Shown: one piece after another, positions 10,901 to 18,323 of the stretch
Numbering within the stretch: the first letter of the stretch is position 1
Layout: each line of letters begins with the position of its first letter
Origin: an uncultured Lachnospiraceae bacterium
GTDB taxonomy: Bacteria > Bacillota > Clostridia > Lachnospirales > Lachnospiraceae
Assembly: GCA_945929965.1 (NCBI GenBank)
Contig: CAMEOT010000003.1
Coordinates: 6,670 to 70,669 of the forward strand
Length of the DNA stretch: 64,000 nt
Direction: 5' to 3'
Notes under the pieces: model-generated
Databases searched by the model: none
The model's input: only the letters and a program-made list of their open reading frames with translations
What the model was told of the DNA's origin: nothing
Made by a program: the position numbers and the translations under genes

Positions 10901-13303
10901 AAATTTGCGTTGGGTAAAGATTATTGGCAGAAAAACGTATTTACAGAAAAACAGCTTGCAGAAGCTGACGAGAATGATACTAACGGCGCAAAATTACAGC
11001 AGAGAAGAAATACATTCTGCAATTACTTGAATATGTCAAAGCTGTCAGTGGACTGGGTAACGAATCTTGGGGAAACTTATATTCCTCAGGAGATTCACCC
11101 GGGAAAGACAGAGCAGGGAGCATTGAATACAGCTTATCTGCAGGCAGTGGATGGTGTTTATCAGCTGCAGTATATTTTTTCCATGACAAATAATTCGGCA
11201 ATATCTCCGACATCTACAACGTATGATTGCAAGCTTTTTGTAGATAATAATGCGGATGGAAGATTTGCCGGATCAGATTACGTGGAAGGACAGAACAATT
11301 CCACAACGGAAGAATTAGCGGGACTGTCTGTGTATCGCAGGGATGGAAGTAACTGGGTGCAGGAGAATCGAGTGGTAATAAACGGAAGTGAATGCTATGC
11401 GCTCCGTACGGGTACGACATACAAAATTGTTCGAAAGTTACCGGATGATTATCAGGGAGTATTGCCATGGAAACTTGTGTTTTATGATAATAGTGATCCG
11501 TTGGTGAGAACAGCTAAGAGTGGGTATACTGCGGTAAAAAGATCCGGTACGGAACCGATTAATATCTTACAGCTGATGTCGGATAAATCGATTGAGGGAG
11601 GAGGAAAAAAACGTTGGAATCTGGAAAGGGATTCCGACATAACGGAAATGCGTGCCACCCTCAAGGCACAGACCGGCTTTGATATAGATATAGAATCAGT
11701 TTATACTTCAGTTTTTATTTCCGATTTGCTGGATGGATCGGAAAAAAATAGAATTGAAAAAATGTCTGATGCAGATGCAAAAAAGGAGTATTACACACTG
11801 GCATCCAATAAATTGCAGCAATATAATATGCTGATTCTTGGATTCGGCGATAATTATTCCTTTGGAGTATCGGATGAAAATGTATATCCGAAGCCGGATA
11901 TTGCAAACATGGCGGTAGCGGAAGCCGTTCGGGACTATATTGAATCCGGTAGGAGCGTATTGTTCACTCATGATAGCAGTTCGTATGTCAACAGTTTGAA
12001 CAATAAGACTTATAAGGAAAACGGCAAGAAGAAATCCACACCATGGCGCTGGGGATATGAGTTTAACAAAACAATTAGGGCTTCGGTAGGACTGGACCGT
12101 TATGGTGCGTTGAAGGAATATTATAACAGTTCAGACCCGTATTATGCTGTTTTGAATAATTATCAATATGATTCCATTAAACAGCCTACGTCGAACGCAT
12201 CCATAGACATTAATTTGAATGCCAAAGAAGGACTTACCAGGTATACTGTGGTACGATTCCTGAAATCGCAGCTGGATAAACTGGCAGCTGGTAAAGGGCA
12301 AGAAGATATCAAATTCCCGGTGAATAATAAGAAGCTATATGCAGCATTGGACGGCTCGGGATTAAATGGTGATTATTCCAGCAGTAACCTGACTGCAACA
12401 GAGGTTAATCAGGGGCAGATTACGAATTACCCTTATTATATCGGTGATGAACTGGTAGTTGCACCGACGCATTATCAGTGGTTGCAACCGAATATGGAAC
12501 TGGACAGAGATGGAGACGGGAAGAATGATATCGTTGTATGGTATTGCCTGTCTAATGTTGAGGGTTCTAGGAAAGATAACAATATTTACAGTCTGACACC
12601 CAACGATGTAGTGAACAATTACTATATTTACAATATGGGTAATGTCACTTATTCCGGCGCTGGACATACACAACCGGCAGATGATTCTGTAGAAAAGAAA
12701 CTTTTTATGAATACCATGATTGCTGCATATAATGCAGGAACCAAAGCACCTACCATAAGCTTCCAGAATGAGAATGGAACCAGCATCGATTCCGTATATA
12801 TGATGTACGACAGGGCGAACAAAATCGTGCTGCAGCAGGATGATAAGGTTAAGGTAAGCTTCAAAGCTAACGATTACAATATATTGGCTTCTGTTCCGGA
12901 GATTCGTGTAGAATTCTACAAGGCTTGCGGAGAGAATGAATCCGGTGCCATGGAAGTAGCCGGTATTGCTGGAAAAGTGAAACTGCTAAGCGGAGTGAAC
13001 GTTACTAAGGCTTCGGACGGTTCTGCGGTTACGGCACAATGGTCCGGAAATACGCAATACTATGTAGTATCGTCGGATACCGTATACAATCTGTCAGTTC
13101 CCCTCAGTGAAATGGGATTGTTCAGTATCACAAATAATGGTTCAGAACGGGAATATACATTAGGCGGTACGGATACAGATCCGGTGGGACCTGCCGGAAT
13201 CTATGCAAAAGTAACAACCTATTATGACAACGGTAATAAAAAGACCGATAGCATGGCGGTAAAACTTAGTGTCAGCGTTGCAGATTTGTTTGATCTGAAT
13301 TAA
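7994..13303 (+). CDS. Giant secreted protein (1769 aa), function unknown, last gene of the pilus operon
   Basis: A single uninterrupted ORF. Sec-type signal is MKHLRKQKCKKYIAGILTIALAAGVCQSYGSMEAMA/KE. It starts 15 nt after the preceding pilin gene and is followed by a terminator. It may be DUF5057-like, but that is from memory and unverified. Confidence 0.8.
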   Translation: MKHLRKQKCKKYIAGILTIALAAGVCQSYGSMEAMAKEATLPGIEKLVTDTMNAGEVFHILEIVPDKKNASIGYLIGGEEPVTEGRKLSELVSAKERQNAMAEMKAAIDAGNGVLKGLSGQDGAFNFSNYEEKEDGSGSVELRGHFVFRGEGGHYNYVSEDAQYGMLTDGEDYHGTRYDRYSSFSKVDDTDPVKKYVIPTFSMISGNSSKQLQATITENGADSSAYAIGKYALSYYDKIPDGRMDSIDTSNFIAADYINKELWQRQGNSDDYSYSYLGRIVLGLPENCTKIGGSTQDTTASNADNFAVTSTAAETGTVADTTVSDGDADTVTVEPGSTENADAEVEEQSVSGNDPVAVAVPTADNAATQTVPMASGIEENLYILDKNANTATLWAEKIGETYRFTPAADAYFLQFEINEAGEYYVSRAEVGQNGDWSLTDNYSVSDTGLYKMTQEGSMQVTVAGENGFDTTQTYDFIRNLKEDSIGTVRYNGGFDNREWFKTNVLNLSEEDAARLQISVTTLTPGELADLVMNGTDYGVTLSDINMIYLSGQGDYAGAQPDATATVPEENAAWQMANAVARLAFGIQNDTDTAQNRNNAIRVPVVMDYNFYDSNNKAKNTTMVRLAQTLLLVSDAEVYNALAKEGLNYWNAAGSVISESGCADKVNKLMQSFVTEQGIDKTEADKINLSTLKDFLTDNVYLNNDEDTKYVASDYLTNISARSNKDNKDNAWVYNAVLQEIKYENFLLQKDNSSQTDLLKEEITKASVTRYILNWYLHRVMVKSKLTVLDLEPCYDYSDTTKQQLQSFVRSIAGVTDPTKMEVAVVNMSSEEFIGKIEDLNATYDLIYLGSRTGMMNTKDGSTVYNNTSMDGLIYTHVGDYFDYSYENDTTRDRWKSRLIDDELVSDKKKTGETNTYRAPGNDMNSTRYEEFLQYIKAGYPLIISDDLVDTAKLVPADTLDVNSYYYQLVKFALGKDYWQKNVFTEKQLAEADENDTNGAKLQQRRNTFCNYLNMSKLSVDWVTNLGETYIPQEIHPGKTEQGALNTAYLQAVDGVYQLQYIFSMTNNSAISPTSTTYDCKLFVDNNADGRFAGSDYVEGQNNSTTEELAGLSVYRRDGSNWVQENRVVINGSECYALRTGTTYKIVRKLPDDYQGVLPWKLVFYDNSDPLVRTAKSGYTAVKRSGTEPINILQLMSDKSIEGGGKKRWNLERDSDITEMRATLKAQTGFDIDIESVYTSVFISDLLDGSEKNRIEKMSDADAKKEYYTLASNKLQQYNMLILGFGDNYSFGVSDENVYPKPDIANMAVAEAVRDYIESGRSVLFTHDSSSYVNSLNNKTYKENGKKKSTPWRWGYEFNKTIRASVGLDRYGALKEYYNSSDPYYAVLNNYQYDSIKQPTSNASIDINLNAKEGLTRYTVVRFLKSQLDKLAAGKGQEDIKFPVNNKKLYAALDGSGLNGDYSSSNLTATEVNQGQITNYPYYIGDELVVAPTHYQWLQPNMELDRDGDGKNDIVVWYCLSNVEGSRKDNNIYSLTPNDVVNNYYIYNMGNVTYSGAGHTQPADDSVEKKLFMNTMIAAYNAGTKAPTISFQNENGTSIDSVYMMYDRANKIVLQQDDKVKVSFKANDYNILASVPEIRVEFYKACGENESGAMEVAGIAGKVKLLSGVNVTKASDGSAVTAQWSGNTQYYVVSSDTVYNLSVPLSEMGLFSITNNGSEREYTLGGTDTDPVGPAGIYAKVTTYYDNGNKKTDSMAVKLSVSVADLFDLN

Positions 13304-13333
13304 TATTTTTTTACTCGTAATATTGCACAAAAA

Positions 13334-13375
13334 GCAGAGTTGTGAGAAATATCCAATTTCCACAGCTCTGTTTTT
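13334..13375 (+). terminator. Rho-independent terminator of the pilus operon
   Basis: GCAGAGTTGTG (13334-13344) pairs with CACAGCTCTG (13361-13370) with one G-T pair, followed by TTTTT. Confidence 0.6.
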
Positions 13376-13680
13376 GTATAGTTTTGCAGCACTTGTTTTG
13401 CTGGATTTTCTTGCAGAATGGATACCTCTGTGCTATAGTAAGTTCATCTACGAAAAGTGTTTAAGCACACCTCTTGTGGAGCAGTCAAAGGCATGTCGCC
13501 AAAAAATTCATTTTTTTATAATTGCATATACGTTGGAAGATTTCGTGACAATATATAAAGAGGAGTTATGGTTATGAAGAGTGTATTTGAGAGCATCATG
13601 ACTGGCTTAAACGAAGCTATAGAAGATGCACAATCAGAAGATAAAAATTAAGTCGACAAACAGTAACTTATCATCGGAAC

Positions 13681-13914
13681 GTGGATGATACCGAAGAAAT
13701 ATTAAAAGAATTAGATATTACAGAGGAGGATGAAATCAGCATGTGTGAATTGTTTGATCAGTATACGAGACGGGGAAGAGAAGAGGGAATGAGAGGAATG
13801 ATTATAACGTGCAAAGAGTTTAATATAAATTATGATGACACAATGTCGAAGTTGAGGAAAAATTTGAATATTACAGAGAGTGAAGCAATAGAAGGCATGA
13901 AAAAATTCTGGTGA
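13681..13914 (+). CDS. Small hypothetical protein, paralog 1 (MCELFDQY...W family)
   Basis: The track start is GTG 13681. An internal ATG at 13741 with GAGGAGG upstream gives a 57-aa form that aligns end to end with the next ORF: MCELFDQY.R.G..EG ... LNI..(S/E)E....MK..W. Confidence 0.45.
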   Translation: MDDTEEILKELDITEEDEISMCELFDQYTRRGREEGMRGMIITCKEFNINYDDTMSKLRKNLNITESEAIEGMKKFW

Positions 13915-13944
13915 ATTGATAAATAACAGAAAGGTGTACAGAAT

Positions 13945-14133
13945 ATGTGTGAATTATTTGACCAATATTGGAGAAAAGGATACATTGAAGGATACATTCA
14001 AGGATATATGCAAGGATATATTCTTATGGGAAAATGTTATAATGTCGCATATGAAAATATTTTGCAGAATTTATGTCAAAAATTGAATATTTCAAGGGAA
14101 GAAGTAGAAAAACAGATGAAGCCTTATTGGTAA
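13945..14133 (+). CDS. Small hypothetical protein, paralog 2 (MCELFDQY...W family)
   Basis: 62 aa with GAAAGGTG about 8 nt upstream. It shares the N-terminal MCELFDQY and C-terminal LNIS.EE....MK.YW with the preceding ORF and contains a (G/E)Y(I/M)QGY repeat. Confidence 0.5.
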   Translation: MCELFDQYWRKGYIEGYIQGYMQGYILMGKCYNVAYENILQNLCQKLNISREEVEKQMKPYW

Positions 14134-14140
14134 AAAAATA

Positions 14141-14169
14141 TTGACTTTTAGTTCTTACTATGCTAAAAA
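14141..14169 (+). promoter_or_regulatory. Sigma-A type promoter for the C-S lyase operon
   Basis: TTGACT (14141-14146), a 17-nt spacer, then TAAAAT (14164-14169), about 80 nt upstream of ATG 14250. Confidence 0.55.
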
Positions 14170-14249
14170 TATACTATACCTACTGGAACAGTAGGAAATA
14201 TAGCGAGATATCATAAAAATATTATACAAAGGCATAGGAGGAGAAAAAG

Positions 14250-15389
14250 ATGGCATTTGCAGCAGAGACCATATGTGTCCAGGGAAGTAATGAGAGAAAG
14301 GATCAGTTTGGAGCCATCAGCATGCCCATCTATCAGAATGCGGCGTATGCTCATCCGGGACTGGGGCAGAGCACAGGATATGATTATTCCCGTTGCGGTA
14401 ACCCTACAAGAGATGAAGTGCAGAAGACGGTTGCTTTATTAGAGCAGGGAACGGAGGCTCTTGCATTTTCTACCGGTATGGCAGCAATCACCGCACTGAT
14501 GGAGATTTTTTCTCCCGGGGATCATCTGATTGCTACGGATGATCTGTATGGCGGTACGTTGAGACTGTGGAACACGATCAGTCATAAGAACGGAATATCG
14601 GTAGATTGTGTGGATACTTCAAATGTTGAGACCGTGAAGGCAGCGATCCGTCCAGAGACGAAGGCGATTTATTTAGAGACTCCGTCCAACCCTATGATGA
14701 AGGTCGCAGATATTCAGGTAATCGCAGAACTGGCACACGAGCATGGCTGTCTTCTGATCGTTGATAATACCTTTTTATCCCCGTATTTTCAGAAGCCGCT
14801 TACCTTAGGAGCAGATATTGTTGTGCACAGCGGTACGAAATATCTGGAAGGCCATAACGATACTTTATCCGGATTCCTGGTAGTAAAGGATGATGCCCTG
14901 TACCAGCAGCTGAACAATATTTATAAGACGACAGGTGCCTGTCTCTCTCCGTTTGACAGTTGGTTGTTACTCAGAGGTATCAAGACACTGGCAGTCCGTA
15001 TGGAGCAGCATCAGAAAAATGCCCTGACGATTGCACACTGGCTGGAACAGAGACCGGAAGTGGAGAAGGTATATTATATCGGTCTGGATTCGAGACCGGA
15101 TAAGGCTCTGATCGACAGACAGTGCAGCGGATACGGCGGAATGATCTCATTCCGGTTGAATTCCCCGGAGAAAGCTGTTAAAATCTTGGAGAGCGTTAAG
15201 CTGATCCGCTTTGCGGAGAGTCTGGGAGGCGTGGAAAGTCTTCTGACCTATCCGATGAAGCAGACCCATGCAGATGTACCGGTAGAGGTGCGTGATGCTT
15301 TGGGAGTGGATGAGAAGCTTTTGAGAATGTCAGTAGGCATTGAAAATATTGATGATCTGCTGGCAGATTTAGAGCAGGCATTTGCTTAG
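14250..15389 (+). CDS. PLP-dependent trans-sulfuration enzyme (cystathionine beta-lyase / gamma-synthase family)
   Basis: 379 aa. It has the Cys/Met-metabolism PLP signature around the lysine (HSGTKYLEGHNDTLSG) and a family-typical N-terminus (ISMPIYQNAAY). SD GGAGGAG is upstream. Confidence 0.9.
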   Translation: MAFAAETICVQGSNERKDQFGAISMPIYQNAAYAHPGLGQSTGYDYSRCGNPTRDEVQKTVALLEQGTEALAFSTGMAAITALMEIFSPGDHLIATDDLYGGTLRLWNTISHKNGISVDCVDTSNVETVKAAIRPETKAIYLETPSNPMMKVADIQVIAELAHEHGCLLIVDNTFLSPYFQKPLTLGADIVVHSGTKYLEGHNDTLSGFLVVKDDALYQQLNNIYKTTGACLSPFDSWLLLRGIKTLAVRMEQHQKNALTIAHWLEQRPEVEKVYYIGLDSRPDKALIDRQCSGYGGMISFRLNSPEKAVKILESVKLIRFAESLGGVESLLTYPMKQTHADVPVEVRDALGVDEKLLRMSVGIENIDDLLADLEQAFA

Positions 15390-15428
15390 TGTGGAAATAT
15401 TCAGTTGTTGAAGGATAGAGGATTAAGT

Positions 15429-16631
15429 ATGACTACATACAATTTTGATAAGATTACGAACCGGAAGGGAACGAATTGTCTGAAATATGATTTTGCGGTG
15501 GAGAGAGGAAAGCCGGCAGATGTGCTGCCCTTGTGGGTGGCGGATATGGATTTCCCGGTATCCGAAGAGATCACGAAGAGTCTTCATGCTGCGGTAGAAC
15601 ATGGAATCTACGGCTATACCCAGCCAAAGGATGCTTACTACAATGCTGTGATGAACTGGATGGAGAGGAATCATAATTGGAAGACGGAGCGGGAATGGAT
15701 CGTGAAGACTCCGGGTGTGGTATTTGCTCTCGGTGCAGCGGTGAAGGCATTTACTGATCCGGGAGATGCTATACTGATTCAGAATCCGGTGTATTATCCG
15801 TTTACTAATATTATCCGTGATAATGACCGGAGAGTAATAGACAATACATTGATCTATGAGAAAACGACCGCACAGAGCGGAGAGAATGGATACCGGATTG
15901 ATTTTGAAGATTTTGAGCGGAAGCTTGAGCAGGAACATGTAAAACTGTTTATTCTGTGCAATCCTCACAACCCGGTGGGCAGAGTGTGGACGGTAGAGGA
16001 ACTGCAGCAGCTGGGAGAAATCTGCCTGCGCCATCAAGTGATCGTGGTCAGTGATGAGATTCACAACGATTTTGTCTATCCCGGTTACGAACATACAGTG
16101 TTCGCCAACGTAGATCCCCGTTTTGCGGAGTTTACTTTGACTTGTACGGCACCCAGCAAGACATTTAACCTGGCTGGCTTACAGATCTCCAATATTTTTA
16201 TCCCAAATGAAAATCTGCGTAAGGCATTCAAAGCAGAAATTGACAAAACTGGCTATGATGAGCCCAATGCCTTAGGTGTGGTGGCATGTGAGGCAGCTTA
16301 CCGTGCGGGAGAAGACTGGCTGGATCAGTTAAGAGCTTATTTGCTTAAGAATCTGAATTTCTTACGGGATTTTTTGCAGGAGAAGATTCCACAGATTCAT
16401 CTGGTGGAGCCGGAAGGCACTTATCTCGTATGGCTGGATTGCAGTGAACTGGGAATCACCGGTAAGGAGCTGGATCAGTTCATTGTGGACAAGGCAGGAC
16501 TTTGGCTGGATGGAGGATCCATGTTCGGACCCAGCGGAGCCGCTTTTCAGCGCGTGAACATCGCCTGCCCCCAAGCTACGCTGGAACTTGCCTTGAATAA
16601 GTTAAAAGCAGCGGTGGATAGTTTGAAATGA
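15429..16631 (+). CDS. patB: MalY/PatB-type aminotransferase class I/II, putative cystathionine beta-lyase
   Basis: N-terminus FDKITNRKGTNCLKYDF and the PLP-lysine motif SKTFNLAGL. ATG 15429, which has a GAGGA SD, is preferred to the track's TTG 15405. Confidence 0.88.
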   Translation: MTTYNFDKITNRKGTNCLKYDFAVERGKPADVLPLWVADMDFPVSEEITKSLHAAVEHGIYGYTQPKDAYYNAVMNWMERNHNWKTEREWIVKTPGVVFALGAAVKAFTDPGDAILIQNPVYYPFTNIIRDNDRRVIDNTLIYEKTTAQSGENGYRIDFEDFERKLEQEHVKLFILCNPHNPVGRVWTVEELQQLGEICLRHQVIVVSDEIHNDFVYPGYEHTVFANVDPRFAEFTLTCTAPSKTFNLAGLQISNIFIPNENLRKAFKAEIDKTGYDEPNALGVVACEAAYRAGEDWLDQLRAYLLKNLNFLRDFLQEKIPQIHLVEPEGTYLVWLDCSELGITGKELDQFIVDKAGLWLDGGSMFGPSGAAFQRVNIACPQATLELALNKLKAAVDSLK

Positions 16632-16644
16632 GGATTCGAGCGAT

Positions 16645-16702
16645 TTCGCGAGACCGTTCCGGAGAATGATATCTGCTGACAGATTCGCGAGACCGTTCCG
16701 GA
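16645..16702. repeat. 19-bp direct repeat pair TTCGCGAGACCGTTCCGGA
   Basis: Identical copies at 16645-16663 and 16684-16702, just downstream of the patB stop. Confidence 0.85.
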
Positions 16703-16904
16703 ACAGGATAATATTGCCGGATACATGGTATATTTTTACATTCTTGTCCATATACTGTAACATATCAGGCCATTCATGATAGATTATGATAGTTCCTACG
16801 GAACCTGTGATCCCTGATGAATGGTCATGCTTTTTCGGATCACGCGGCAGGAATCTTGATCCGCAGATCCATAGGATTGCCATCAGGAAAGGAGCACACA
16901 GTAT

Positions 16905-17144
16905 ATGCCAAGAGGACAGAGAAAATCCCTGGAGGAAAAGATCCAGGCGAAGCAGGAGTTGATCAATGCGTTAAACATTCGCATAGAATCAGAACAGCGT
17001 GAGTTAGAGGAAATGTTTGAACAGAAGAGGCGCAAGGAACTGGAAGCGGTGAGTGACATCATCGAAGATGCCGGTCTGGCACCGGAGGAAGTCACGGAAG
17101 TCTTACAACAGTATATTGAGAGCCGCAGAGCAAACGCATCATAA
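16905..17144 (+). CDS. Small coiled-coil protein, hypothetical
   Basis: 79 aa. SD GGAAAGGAG is about 10 nt upstream. The heptad-rich sequence MPRGQRKSLEEKIQAKQELINALNIRIESEQRELEEMFEQKRRKELE is followed by a short helical tail. A strong terminator follows. Confidence 0.6.
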   Translation: MPRGQRKSLEEKIQAKQELINALNIRIESEQRELEEMFEQKRRKELEAVSDIIEDAGLAPEEVTEVLQQYIESRRANAS

Positions 17145-17168
17145 TAGCATATTGTGGTTTCATCGGAA

Positions 17169-17193
17169 GGACCGGACGAACCGGTCCTTTTTT
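17169..17193 (+). terminator. Rho-independent terminator
   Basis: GGACCGG (17169-17175), loop ACGAA, CCGGTCC (17181-17187), then TTTTTT. Confidence 0.8.
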
Positions 17194-17245
17194 CTGTATA
17201 GAAAATGTGTTCCCATACGTAAAAACGTCCCGTATGGACTACGTT

Positions 17246-17335
17246 GCGAGTGATCATGCTGCGAGTGATCATGCTGCGAGTAATCATGCTGCGAGTAATC
17301 ATGCTGTGAGTGATCATGTTGCGGAGTGATCACAC
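17246..17335. repeat. 15-bp tandem repeat, 5 good copies plus 1 degenerate copy (consensus GCGAGTGATCATGCT)
   Basis: Units start at 17246, 17261, 17276, 17291 and 17306, with a degenerate unit at 17321. Units 1, 2, 5 and 6 contain the palindrome TGATCA. Units 3 and 4 have TAATCA instead. Confidence 0.92.
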
Positions 17336-17440
17336 CGCGGAGCCCATCTCACTATGGAGCAACATCTTGTGAGGCTTTTTGAATATTCTTGATTACCTTT
17401 AGTCAATGTCAGGAGAATTTTCATGTAGGGAATTATGGAT

Positions 17441-18157
17441 TTAGAGGAAATATTGCGTAATGATCTGCTGCACCTGATCTGTGGAAATGGGACATTTGAT
17501 TGTCTCATAAGTGGTGATCAGCTGCATGGATGGGAAGATTCCGTTATAACAGTAGGTTTTCAGCTTATTACAAGCAGTATCACAATAAGGCGCATTATCC
17601 ATCATACCGAAATGCTCCCAGTAGAAGATTTTATTTGTAACCGGATGCATAATCGTAAAATCCGGATAAGCCGTGAATTCTTTTAACGGCAGCGCCGCTT
17701 CATATCGATAGGGAATATGGTTGGTATAGAGCAGATTCGCAATGATGACTTCTGATTTTGAACGGACTTTATGCCCGGCCAGCGTAGTATGGATCAGATG
17801 CTCCGGATGAGAAGAATTGGTTTCATAGCTCTCCGCGCACCATTTCTGCGCAGACACAGGAAGCTTGTCCTTCGCAAAATAGCTTTGCAGTAATGGGTAA
17901 TAAGGGGAGGAGTCGGCCAACAAGTCAGTAGCCTTTTCTCTTGGAAGTGTGGAGGAAAATTTCTTTTGATATGTTTCAATAAATGCTATTTCTTCTGAAA
18001 TTTCACGCAGCATAAGCTCGTAGTATTTCTTTAATGCAAGAGCTTGCGCCAGTTCCTTTTGAGATTTCTGAAGATACTTTCTAGTACCGTCCTTCAGATA
18101 GAACCAACTGGTATAACCTGATTTGCTAACTGTGCAGGAAAGATTTCCTTTAGGCAA
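17441..18157 (-). CDS. Hypothetical protein with C-terminal PD-(D/E)XK-like nuclease motifs
   Basis: 238 aa from TTG 18157. The C-terminal half reads RSKSEVIIANLLYTNHIPYRYE...YPDFTI...FYWEHFG. The frame is open upstream to 18247, so the true start may be ATT 18238 (see findings). Confidence 0.7.
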   Translation of the reverse strand: MPKGNLSCTVSKSGYTSWFYLKDGTRKYLQKSQKELAQALALKKYYELMLREISEEIAFIETYQKKFSSTLPREKATDLLADSSPYYPLLQSYFAKDKLPVSAQKWCAESYETNSSHPEHLIHTTLAGHKVRSKSEVIIANLLYTNHIPYRYEAALPLKEFTAYPDFTIMHPVTNKIFYWEHFGMMDNAPYCDTACNKLKTYCYNGIFPSMQLITTYETIKCPISTDQVQQIITQYFL

Positions 18158-18323
18158 TTTGCGGATTTTCTCGAGAAGAATATTTCTTTTTGTAAATAGG
18201 CATTCTTTGTATTTGAGTAATTCGGTATTGTTGATAATATGACCTCCTTAAATAATGAAAACAGGGATTAACTGAAAGAATTTTCATAGGAATTTAAGAA
18301 CAAAAGAAACTATGAATGTGCTC

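Noticed and set aside
13323-13577. 84-aa + strand ORF after the pilus operon
   Set aside because: It starts inside the operon terminator hairpin and spans a promoter-like site. It has no SD, and its hydrophobic, Cys-rich sequence has no recognisable features.
16883-17317. 144-aa minus-strand ORF beginning MITHSMITRSMITRSMITR
   Set aside because: Its N-terminus is simply the translation of the 15-bp tandem repeat. It also runs antisense through the 79-aa gene and its terminator.
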